Part shown: positions 26,075 through 37,366 of the stretch, in pieces | Layout: each line of letters begins with the position of its first letter | Position numbering within the stretch: the first letter of the stretch is position 1 | Source: Lama guanicoe | Taxonomy: Eukaryota | Assembly: GCA_013239625.1 (NCBI GenBank) | Contig: MU053283.1 | Location: 5,530-55,220, forward strand | DNA length: 49,691 nt | Direction: 5' to 3' | Program-made: the position numbers and the translations under genes | The notes under the pieces: generated by a model | Seen by the model: the letters and a program-made list of their open reading frames with translations, nothing else | What the model was told of the DNA's origin: nothing | The model's database searches: none

Positions 26075-26355
26075 GATTTAAATACAACCATATTGATGAT
26101 ATTAAGTGCATGTGGCTCTAATGCTTCAGAAAAAAGACAGAAATTGTTAGACTTGGAAATAAATAGTGATAATATTTAACATTTTTGTGAATTTGAGCCA
26201 GTGGTTTAGAATTAGAGTGTGAGAGTCAGTGCCACGCTGTCTCGAAGAAACCCATTTTAAGTGTAAGAGGCAACATAGTGTAAAGCAGAATAGAAATTCT
26301 AATCATAAGAAAGCTGGAGCGGCTGGTCTGCGTAAGGCAAGATCGACGTCAGAAA
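26075..26355 (+). mobile_element. Ancient L1 ORF2 endonuclease-region fragment
   Basis: aatgcttcagaaaaaagacagaaattgttagac, gctgtctcgaagaaacccattttaa, taatcataagaaagctggagcggct. Confidence 0.6.
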
Positions 26356-28764
26356 TTGGATGAAAGCCAGATTCTTCACTGTGGCCACACCAGTCAGACC
26401 CCCGGTAGCCCCGGGTTCCTGCTCTGTTGGTCTTCACGGGCGTCCATGCTGGGTTTTTTCTGCGTTATATAGGGGGAATATGCGCTGGCACATCTGAGAA
26501 CTCTCTAGTCACCACATAGTGTGTTGCTCCACAAGTTTAAAATAAGATAGGAGAAGTTTTTTCCAAATTTATTTTATTTTACACTTGTAGCATCAAGATA
26601 ATCGTATTGAATAGTATACATTTGAGAGGATCAAAACAATGTTATATCTGGTCCTTTTCTGTAACATCATGCCAATGACCCTGGTAGCACAACTTTTTGT
26701 CTATCATTCAGATGACATAAACTCACTGTGTTTTTTATCTCCAGGGTAACATAGAGGTCATGCTTTAAAAGTCCACACATTGTCTAGACGTGGACGTTAA
26801 ATCTACATATTAAATGACTTAATGACAGGCCAGTGACCTGAATCCAAATCAGCTTCCCTGGCATTCTCCATCTAAAACATCGCATTTCATCTAACTGATC
26901 ACTTAACAGACATGTGCACTGTAAGTTCATTACTTTTTAACACAAAGGATAAACTTTTAGTTCTGTTGTGTCTAAAATTTACTAGGTACCTGTGCACATC
27001 ACATTTTCAGAAAAATTCTTTTATGTTGGTATCTGGGTTGTAGAAAAGTTCTTCTCAAAGTAGAGCTGCAAACATGATGGGAAGTGAGGCCCCTTCTCTT
27101 TCACACCATCCTGAGAAAAACAGCGAGGAAGGACGTGCTGAAACTAACGGTGTTTGTGAGTCGTCATGAAGCTGGGCGGAGGTCGGTTTAAGTCTCCCAT
27201 TTTAAAGGCTGGTGGCGGTTCAAAGGAGGCTCAAGCGAAGGTGTGATCCGAGCAGCCCACAGGCGCCCTCACGAGGGGTCCCCGGCATCCACGCTGCTCC
27301 CACAGTCCCGAGTGGAATTTTCCTTCCGGAGCTAATGTCAGCTGTGTCAGTGCTCCAGTCCTTCTTCTCCATCCTGAAAGGCACAGGGCGCGTGTGCTGT
27401 CACCTCCACGCTGACCTGGACAGGAGGTGCTCTGGTGGACCCTGGCCTTCTGCTCCAGCCCCGCATCCCTGGGACTCATCCACCCGGCACCTCAGCAGAG
27501 AGCGAGCCTCCGGGCCCAGCTCCTCCCCAGAGCCGTCTGGGCTGCACTGCAGTGCCCGCTCCCACGTGGGCAGCACCAGGACCAGGCAGAGAGCAGACAG
27601 GCCAGCCTCCCCTGGGGCTCAGCCACCTCTCCTCACAGACACTGGCAGGCCTTCCGTGATGCCCTGGGAGCCTCAGGAAGCTGGCAGCGGGGCCCTCTGC
27701 TCTTCAGAAGGAGGTGAAGGGAGAGGGCAGGCCCTCTACACTGACTCCCAGTGCCCCCTCGTCTCCCCAGACCATTTGCTCATAAAGGCATTTAAGTTCC
27801 TTCAGTGCTTCATAAGATGAACTTGGGAAGGGAAGAGAAAGTCAAAGCCACACCAGAAACCTCAACCCAGAACTCGGGTTCTTTGAGTGGTTTTGCAGAG
27901 TTTAGTGCATTTATTTTTCCTGCAGGTGGCTTTCTTCATGTAATCCCTGAGCACTCGACAACTTCTGGTGGTCAGGGATAGCTTCAGCCAGTTTTCCAGC
28001 CATGCTGTTTTGAAAGTAAGCTCAGAGAAGAGGGTCCTTGTCCGCATGTTCCAACCCTGCATTCCCAGAACCAAGGTCAGGTCCTGGGAAGTAAATAGAA
28101 GAGCCACTCACGTTTACTTTCTGTTTGGTTGAGTGGGAGAATTCTGTTTGTTGCTGCCGACAGTTTTACAAAGAAAAGCACAAACAGTGAGAAAGTCACT
28201 GGATGTCTCTCTGTGCTTTTATGAAAGCGTCACAGACACCGCCTGATCTCTGCACGTCCTTGCCCGGCACCGCAACGCACAGATAGGAAGCTCTGAGGAT
28301 GTTACTGAGATAAACCCTGCAAAGGTGGCGAGATTGCAAACGTCTTCAGTCCTACATCTCCTACAGTAGATACCCATTTAATTTGTAATCCTAAGTATCC
28401 TAAAAATGCAAAATATCTTCTCTGCCATTATTCTTCATCTTGCAAACTTAAATTATAAAGGTAGTTTGTGCACAACTAGAAAATAAATGGAACTGCACCT
28501 GAGGGAGAATTCCGCTCATAAATGGTTCAACTGCTGTCTAGCTCCTGAAGCTTGTCTGTCTGATCCTCAGTTTCCAGACAACCGTCACACCCTCTCCAAG
28601 GACAGCCTCTCCTCCACACCAGTTAAATGAGTTATTGTTTTCCTGCCACTTGTGATGAGTGAACCGTAACAAATAAGACAAAAGCCAGATGACAAAACAC
28701 ATGTGAAAACCAGCGTAACCTGACACGTGAGAGTCGAAGGTAAGTTCCTCGGTTACGCCTCACA

Positions 28765-28792
28765 CGCTGCCGCTGCCGCTGCCGCTGCCGCT
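28765..28792. repeat. (CGCTGC)n hexamer repeat in a CpG-rich patch
   Basis: cgctgccgctgccgctgccgctgccgct. Confidence 0.85.
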
Positions 28793-29458
28793 CTGCGGGA
28801 CACTGACCCTGGCGGGGCCCGTGGCTGGCGAGGTGATCGCCCTCGGAGAGCGAGCGGCTGGGTACAGACCTGCCCCCCGCGCACCCCTGCGCCCACCGTG
28901 GCAGATTCGTGCTTAGAAGAGCCCTTGAGGGAAGACGGGAGCTGCGAAAGTTACACAGTGGTGGCTCTTTCTCCGGATGTTACTTGTGAGCTGTCAGGGT
29001 TGCTGTGGTTCTGCCAAGATACAGAGCACTGCTGAAGCTGAGATTTACAATATGTCAGTCATACTTCTGTTAAAAGGGCATGTCGCTGCTTTGACTAAAA
29101 AATGAATTTTATTTTTTTATGAATATTACTCAGTTAGAGGTATGTCACCTAGTGAACCATTCATCATGATAACCTGCTTATTCAGGAAAAGCTTGACCAA
29201 TAAAAAGAAGAATAAAAAATCTATAATATAATGACAGTAGGACCTGCCACTGAGCAAATGACTAACTAGTCCTGAAGCTTTCTGTCCTGGTTGGTTAGTC
29301 CTCACAACTCTCCTGCCAGGTGTGTGTGACTCTGTCCCTTTACTCTGGAGCCAACTGGGAGCAGGTGCCTGGAGGGAACCCACGTGGCACCATGGTGTTT
29401 GCATGCTGATGGTGACATCCAGATTTAGCTCATCTTTTTTTTCTGTCTTTGCCTTTAG

Positions 29459-29680
29459 GATTTGATACCGGTATTTTGCCAATTTGTAAGGATTCACTTG
29501 GCTGGATGTTCAACAGACTGGACACCAACTACAACCTGCGCCTGGACCCGTCAGAGCTGGGCAGCATGTACCTGGACAAAAACGAGCCATGCGCGGAGGC
29601 TTTCTTCAACTCCTGTGACACGTACCGGGACCACTGCATCTCCAACAATGAGTGGTGTGCCTGCTTCCAGAGACAGCAAG
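29459..29680 (+). CDS. SPOCK3: SPOCK3 EC-domain exon with two EF-hand loops; 222 nt, phase 1-1
   Basis: Long pyrimidine tract ending ctttag; donor gtacag. Translates FDTGILPICKDSLGWMFNRLDTNYNLRLDPSELGSMYLDKNEPCAEAFFNSCDTYRDHCISNNEWCACFQRQQ. NRLDTNY, KNE and FQRQQ are testican-3-type residues. Confidence 0.97.
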
Positions 29681-31465
29681 GTACAGCCCCCACGTGCTCG
29701 GTCCTCCCAGTGACAGTAGTGCCTAACCCCACTCTTTTGGTAGCTATTCTTCTAACTAGAGTGGTTAACAAAAGAGCAGGTAAGCCTGAACAGCATAACT
29801 CAGCCAGGGATGCTACACACGCTGAAGGAGATAAAAAACCGTAATTAATGTGCTCTGTTAATGCACTTCCTTAGAGTCTCCATCATGAGCCACCAAGAAG
29901 GACATCGGGATAGGAGAACATAGATGCTAAAGGTAGTCATTTAAATTAACCTGTTGTCGGTCTTGCCCACGGTGTAAAAAGGGATTTTCATCTCTATGCT
30001 GTGGAGTTTAATGTTCTGTTTTGTGATCTTTTTAAATGACTTGAATGAACCATAGCTTTCACCATAAAGTTATTTTTACGTATTTGATTTTAAAATGATC
30101 TTTCAAACTTTTAAGATAACTTAGCTTTATAAAAATTCATTAGCAAAGACGGAGTCCCGATTCCCTGGAGAGGCAAGGCAGCGGCTGTCCTTGACAGCCC
30201 GTCTTCACTAGGAAACGAAATGTAACAGGACGCTGGAGCCTGCGTGTATAGTCGTCCGGAGGGTAATTAAAATCAAGTGTGTGAGGGAAGGGCCCCAAAC
30301 ACTGACATTATGGGGAGGTTTGGGGAACCTCCGAAAACAATGATACGTGTGACCCTGATGCTGATTTTGAAAGACAAATTGGGAATTAGTCTGACGTGAC
30401 ACGTCAGCTATCATCACTACATTTTAAAGCTCCTGGCAGCTGAGAGAATGAACAAGCTGCTTTGAACTGTGGATGGTTCTCAGGTTTTCAGGAAACCAGC
30501 ACATTCTCTAGGGCATTTTTACTATCTCAATGCCTTTTCATGTATTAGTAATAGTTTAGTAATTAGAGACAACATGCTTATCTGTAAACTGGGTTTGTAG
30601 CGTAGATTATTTATAAACTACTTTAAACAAAGTGTAAAAAATTTGATTTGTTAGAGTATTCTAAATTGTACACACAGACACACACAGAGACACATGAACA
30701 CAATCACTCACATACAGACACACACACACTTGCTGACTTACTATTACATGCTTTCAGGGTGACCGAATACCCCTAGAAAACTTCATCCTAGTTTTAATGA
30801 CGAGTCTACACTTAAATCACTTAAAGAATAAAAAAGTAAATCCAGGTGAACTTGCCATAAAAAGGCATGTGGTCCTTTATTATGACACGTGTTTTCTAGT
30901 TTTTCTTTGGTTGTTATGATAGCATGTCCAAGTGTTTATACATGAGCATTTAAAACTATTCTGAATAACTCTGAATGTTTCTACTGCAGAAATCAATGTG
31001 TTTATCTTAAAACATTCATAGAATTTGCAGTAATATTTATAGAATTAATCAAAAGTCCCCAAAAGATTCTGCTTTATATACATTTCATGTATTTACTTCC
31101 AAAGTATTAAAATCCTTATAGTCACATAAAGATATTTTATGAGATCATTTAATATATGGTAGAAGTAATTTAGTTAATGGTACCCAAGCTGGTTAAAGGA
31201 TTTATACAACTTCCCAAAACCTTAGGAGAGTTTGGCTAATTCTGTGTATTATTTTAATATGCTAGAAAACATTACAAAAAAAAAAAAAAAACAAAACCAA
31301 AAAGCTCCTGACTTACAGAATTAGTTCATCAAGTAATTTCATGAAAAGGAATAAACATTAATTTTAAAACATTTTTCTTCAAATGTTTCACCTTATAAAG
31401 AATGTGTTTTTCCTATTTATTCAATACAAACAACAAATTCTTAAGTTTACTATAATTAGAGTAAA

Positions 31466-31467
<2 letters not shown>

Positions 31468-31506
<39 letters not shown>

Positions 31507-31512
31507 AGAGAG
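31468..31512. repeat. Compound (TG)n(AG)n microsatellite
   Basis: Direct reading. Confidence 0.95.
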
Positions 31513-34416
31513 AATAAGTGGGTGTTACTGATCCAGGTTGACTTAAAACTGCAATCAAGACCATAGTTGTATGGTTGTTGGAAAATACCAGAAAAATAAA
31601 AGTGTTTTTTGAAAAGTACCTTTCAAAAATATAAAATTAAGATTCATTTCAATAGTTTAATCAAAGATGTTGAGAATATAAAGTCTTAAGCCAGTGAAAT
31701 ACTTACAGTTTTTCAATGGAAAAAATGTTTTAACTTTAATTAAACTACATATTTGTTTCCATGACTAACATTCTGAAATCCTGAGAGTTAAGTGGTACAA
31801 AATGGCTATGATTTTGGCTTGTGTAATTCTTCTTTCTAACTAATCATGAAACAGGCGTAGGAGAAATATTACTTGGGGATTTTTGTTACCTTGGGTGTTA
31901 GTAACTGACTTTCGTAAAGTGTATTCTACGCCCCCACTCAAAACAGTAAATCCATTTATTTCATTTAAAGTCTTGTTGTGTAAGATCCAGGAAGAGAAAG
32001 AAAATTAACATTTACTCAGGCCCAGCTAGTTTTTGAGATATGTAAAATCATTTATTACCCACATAGCCTGTGAAAGTTTAATTACCCCATCTCACGGCTG
32101 TGGACTGGCGCGCACTGGCCCCAAACACCTTCACGTGGTGGGAGGAGTACAGGGACTGGGATTTGAAAGTTCTGCCTCCAGCAGCTTTACCGCTATATGC
32201 AGACTTTGCAAGGTCAGACATAAAATGCGGAGAGACGTCCCTGTGCAGCCTGTTGGCAAGTCCCGTTCAGTACAGGTCACCCCAGCAAGTCTCACTTCAG
32301 CCAACGGTATGCCGACAGGTGGGAGCAGTGCATCCTCAGAGTGGGTCACGCATTTGGCCACAGGGACAGGGACCAACTGCACCACTGCTACGAAAGACAT
32401 TTTCCTGTTTAAGGCAAGATGTTAAGCACAGGGAGTGTTGTTCATCCTGTTAGAGGCTGTGCGGGCCATAAAGTGTGAGGACAGGGAACAGGGGAGCAGC
32501 CCCTGAGAGGGGCTCCCCTACCCTGCAGAGGATGTGCTGCCCACTTGGTCATCCCCAGGCCTCTGCAGCGTCCGCCCCCTTTTCAGCTGTGACTCCAGTT
32601 GTCTGCGTTTGACAATGGAAATGCACCTCCCTAAAAGTGACTAGCTGTGAGTGTGGGAAGGACACATGTGTATATTCCTATTGTGCACATGTAGGTATTT
32701 CCTTATTTATTTTCCCAGTGACATTCAGCTCAGAATTGTGTGGGAAAATAAGAATGCATTGTTATCATTGTATGGAAAACTATCAATTCGTGATATGACA
32801 TTCAGGTAATGTGTGAATGGTTCCAGTATAAGGATTTGAGTTTTTAAATTCAGAATGCAAAACAATGAAGAGTGTTATTTTTGAAAACAGCTTTTTTTTT
32901 AATTAACTAGTAGAAGATTTTAATTCTTTTTTTCTTGTTTTTTAAAACAAGCATTGGGATTCATTACTTGTAAATTCAGTGACTGAATTAAAGCCTATAT
33001 TCGATAACTCATGATTTTCATACACCTTTAAGCAGATAAAGTCAGAATTTCCCATAAAGTAAAAACATCGGAAGATGATGGGAAATAAATCTTGTGTGTA
33101 AGTCTGTGCTGATGCCCTACACCGAGCGTTCACATCTCACCGTGTCCAGACCTTCATGCTCTTGGCCACCTCCCTGCCCTTCCATCTGCATCAGTTCTTT
33201 GCAAGTGCGTTTCACGACCTATGAAATCTCAGTCAGGCCCTCCGCGTACTTCTGAGTGGAAGGCCAGAAGCAGAGGGGAGGAAAGGTATTCCACACTCCC
33301 GTGCTGTATGTGGAACAGCCTGATCTACCATGACTTCTCTGGAAGCATTGCACGCCCCTCACACAGAGCTGGTGGGGCTGTCCTGAGGTTATTCAGTGAG
33401 GTTGCTAATCAAGAGTCAGGTTTTTCAAACAAATTACTTTTTCTTCACACGTTAGGATCCTCTAGAAAAAGCACTGTTGGCCTTACGTATTAAACTGTAA
33501 AATACATTTCAAGTTCTTTGTCTTATTTCCTCATTCCACTTTGTTGCTTCCATGAAAATTTAGTAACTGACTATTGCGAGCTTTATACTAAAGAATTTTT
33601 AATTATTTGAATTAATTATATCTTGCTTTTCCTTAAAAAGTTGTAGTGTAGCAAAATAAATATTGTTTTGCTCTTTCAATGGTTTGTGATAGTTTTATAT
33701 AGCAAGTATTAATATCAAGTTTTTAGAATATGAGTGTAAAGCATTAAACTATTTTCATATAAAGTATGTATTATATGGAAGAATGTGTCTAATTATATAT
33801 AATAAGACAAGCCAAGCTACATTGTTTCTGTTTAGAATTTTACGCTTCTGAAAATATTCTCCAGTAGGTTTGAAAGAGTTTGGAAAAGTAGACAAATACT
33901 TATTTCCAAATTGGTTTAAAGTCTTGTTTATTTTTTAAAAGATGACTTCTCAGAAGTTACTGTATATTACGTCCTGTTTCCCAATTGCATGTATTGTTGA
34001 AGCATCTGGGCGCAGCTAAGACCGAAGCCTGTCCACATTACTCAGTGTCAGAACTTATAACAGCACCTCTGAAATTCCTCGGAAACATTAACTGTTTCCT
34101 GGATCATATTTGAGTGCAGTGCTGTTTCTCTCGATCATAGAAACTCTTCTATGTGAGGAAAACGTAACCAGGGAGCTGTTTAGGCAGAAGCCCCTCAGCT
34201 GTGTTTACCTTAATGAGCTGATTGACCAGTGAAATGAAAGGAACCATTTTCCATCCTGTAAGTGAATTTTATGATTGTACATACATGTATCTACTTGCAG
34301 AATACTTAATATGTAATATATCTTCTAAAGCCATGTGACTCTAGTTTTGGTAATGTGGAACCCACACCGTCTTTGTTTAACTGTAACCCTTAAGGTCATG
34401 TTTAATGCTGTTGCAG

Positions 34417-34479
34417 ACCCACCTTGCCAAACGGAGCTCAGCGGTCTTCAGAAGCGGCTCGGGGTGAAGAAGTTTCTGG
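34417..34479 (+). CDS. SPOCK3: SPOCK3 exon, start of thyroglobulin type-1 domain; 63 nt, phase 1-1
   Basis: Acceptor ttgcag and donor gtgagt. Translates (D)PPCQTELSGLQKRLGVKKFL(G), matching recalled DPPCQTELSNIQKRQGVKKLLG. Too short to appear in the ORF track. Confidence 0.95.
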
Positions 34480-35064
34480 GTGAGTAGCAGGTCACTCTCT
34501 GACTCCTTCACTGCTCACGTCAGTAACCCAGGGAGACAGCAATGGGAAATCAGTGTTCATCCCACAAAGGTAGACCACACTGAATTTCAGCAATAAAGCT
34601 TACGAAGTTTTGGAAAGCCGTTAAACTTAGTTCTATTATCTGACCTGTTGAAAGATGCTAGGTGTGTTTCACTACCCTAATGCAATGCTCATTTTGAAAG
34701 TTATTAAGTAAAAAAGAGATTTAAACAATGCTAAAGTTAAAGCATCAGCAGAAACTTCAATTCTAATTCTGTTGGTAACAATTCAAGAGTTGATGGCATG
34801 TGTGTATTCAGAGACGAGGGAGAGAGAGAGGCAGGGTGACACGTGGCCTGAGTACCTCAAGGAGAGGTGAACAGGCCTTTTAGAGTGTTTCATCAGTGCT
34901 TTTTACAGCTCACTTTTAGTAAGTTAATGTATGTAGAAGATGATGGATGAATATAAATTCCAAATTTTATCCAAAGCCTTGCAATACTTGAATGCTTGGC
35001 TGTCAACAGATTGTGAAACTATTATGTATGGTTATTTGCTTTATTCCTGTAAACATACAATTGT

Positions 35065-35315
35065 TAAATAACCTCTTTTGGGAATAATTTTAGATTCAAA
35101 AATTTACAAATGTAAATTTCATACATCCTTCACCCAGCCTCCCCTGAAGCCACCTTACTTCCCAAGAATGATGGCTGGATGTTTGTCAAGTCTAAGAAAT
35201 TAACATCAATACAGTCCTCTTAGTTAAGCCTCAGACTTTGTCTGGATTTCACCAGTTTGTCCACAGTTGTCCTTTTTTCTGTTTTAGGATCCAACATAAA
35301 ACACCACATACAGTT
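35065..35315 (-). mobile_element. L1MC-like 3' end
   Basis: aataattttagatt, ccttcacccag..tcccct, tttgtcaag.ctaagaaattaacat, cagacttt..ggatttcaccagttt.tccac, tgtccttttttctgtt..aggatccaa. Confidence 0.75.
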
Positions 35316-36676
35316 TTGCTCTTACTGTTTTCATGTATGCTCCTGGGTATTTAGTGACATGTAACTTTATGTTTTTGGATCTGATTAATCAATTTGTATT
35401 ATATTATGATTTGCTGTTTTTGTAATTAGCATATTGTATGTTTACATGAAAAGATTTTACATATTACTTGAAAATTCAAAGTTCAAAATAAATAGGCTAA
35501 TACTTTGTAATGCAGCGTTTTCAGATGTGAATCGTCATCATTAGATCAAAGCTACAAAGTATCATGTTTCTTTTACCTCTTTTGTAAGATGCCCTACAGT
35601 CCTGCTCACAGGTGTAAAGGTTATGTTGGTACCTGGCTTTGTTTGTGTCTACAGATGGAAGTTCAGCACGTCCAGTGGGAAAAGCCACTGACCTTCAACG
35701 GTGAAATGTTTTAGACTTGATCAATGTCTATTAGTGACAAATCTATTAACATCCAGGCTTTGATAATTCAGTGTTACCAAAGAATGAAAATACTTAGCGC
35801 CCAGCTGGGAGGAGTCACCTTTGTTCACAAAAATGTTCATAGAAGTGGAAGTCACCGCTGCAGAGCAGTGCCCCTCCCCCGCGGCCTCGGCGCTGTGAGA
35901 GGCGGGCGCTGCCTGCCCTCCAGCCCCAGGCTGTCTCGGTCGCGGCCGAGCTCCAGCCTGGTTCTGACGACGCTCTTCCACTTTCAAGGTGCGCAGGCAC
36001 CGGAGATGAGTTAAATGGTCACACTGACTCTCGCTCTTAACATTTTTATGGCAAATATGGCAAATCATGGTGGTTTTTAAGAGGTAGAGATAATAGTGCT
36101 AAAAATTTCCCAGTTTTTGCTGGCCTTAAATCCACAGAAGGTGTTCTCATGTTTTCTGTGTTGGCGATGTTCTGTGTCCCTCATGGAAAGACCAGGAGTT
36201 CAGATATTTCAAATGAATCAGTTTTAAATTAAATTGGTTACTCATATATCAGAATTTTTAAGCTTTTCAAAAGGATCAAATAATGAGCCCATATTGTTGC
36301 AAGACCAGATGAGAGTTTCCCATTTTATCCATTTCTTAGTCACTGGTTTTCTTTTTTTTTCACCAAATAACTACAGTGTGTCTGATTGTTGAGAGAAAAA
36401 TTGGTCAGGAAAGACAGGAAAATCTTCTAATCTCCAGAAGCTTCTTACATTGTAGTGTTGGACTGTTACTGAAGACCGGGAATTCACTTCTCAATTGTTT
36501 GCCGGATATGATCACTAGCAGTGTGCCGGGACTATGTTAGATCCTATAGGTGTGAAAACAGATGTCTCTCTTCCCCACTAGACTGAGTTTAAGGGTTGCT
36601 CATGTAACAGTGAAAATCAAGAGCATCCAAAGTGCCCAGAGGATATCACAGGATAGTGGTGAAGCTGTGCAGTAAG

Positions 36677-36704
36677 ACACACACACACACACACAATGTG
36701 GAGG

Positions 36705-36745
<41 letters not shown>
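36677..36745. repeat. Interrupted (CA)n microsatellite
   Basis: Two CA tracts separated by atgtggagga. Confidence 0.95.
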
Positions 36746-36748
<3 letters not shown>

Positions 36749-37246
36749 ATGGAAGAAATATATCAGAAACCCTCCTGCTTAACAGGAAGGGGTCATATTT
36801 AAGTCAGGTTTTCAGTTGCAAGAGGGAGGGAAGGGGAGAGGGTTCCGGATGAGGAAGAGATTCCTGTGGAGATGAAGTCTTCTGGGTCTGGAGGAAGCAG
36901 CAGCTTGACGTGGGGAGAGCTGGGGGTGTAGGAATGACAGTCTGGGGAGCGAAGGTCGCAGGTGGCCATGCACCTGGTCTGGGGGACTGGGGGTTACGGC
37001 ATCCGTCAGATTCCAGTTCTGGGTGTCCTGCCCCTGAAAACGGCACCTTTGCAGAGTGAGGAGAGGAAAGACAGGAGATTTCTCAGCTAACGACACTCAC
37101 AGTGGCAGTTCCTCACGACGAGGGCGGGGCCCCAGCTGCTCTGTCCTCCGGGCACCACCGGCTCCCCGCCCAGGGCCGGGCCCACGCGTGCCTGGCTGAG
37201 TGACCCGAGGAGGGGCACCAGTCACTCATCACGGTGTGTCTTGCAG

Positions 37247-37366
37247 GGCAGTACATCCCCCAGTGTGACGAGGACGGTTACTACAAGCCCAGGCAGTGCC
37301 GCGGCGGCGCTGGGCCGTGCTTGTGTGTGGACAGATACGGAAACGAGGTGGCGGGCGCAGACTGTG
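37247..37366 (+). CDS. SPOCK3: SPOCK3 thyroglobulin type-1 domain exon; 120 nt, phase 1-1, divergent
   Basis: Acceptor cttgcag and donor gtaaga. Translates (G)QYIPQCDEDGYYKPRQCRGGAGPCLCVDRYGNEVAGADC(A). Confidence 0.95.

Noticed and set aside
27212..27820. 202-aa ORF
   Set aside because: Pro/Ser/Gly/Ala-rich, non-ATG start and no family resemblance; expected by chance in GC-rich DNA.
28727..29035. Poly-alanine ORF resembling the SPOCK3 N-terminal Ala run
   Set aside because: It is produced by the (CGCTGC)n repeat, the flanks do not match, and it is in the wrong position in the gene.
29449..29844. 131-aa ORF as a standalone gene
   Set aside because: It is the 222-nt exon plus flanking intron read-through, and it has no true ATG start.
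36485..36660. Possible L2 relic (also weak L2/MIR/L1-like hints near 10290-10580, 23700-23780, 32130-32230 and 45060-45220)
   Set aside because: Similarity is too weak to call by eye.
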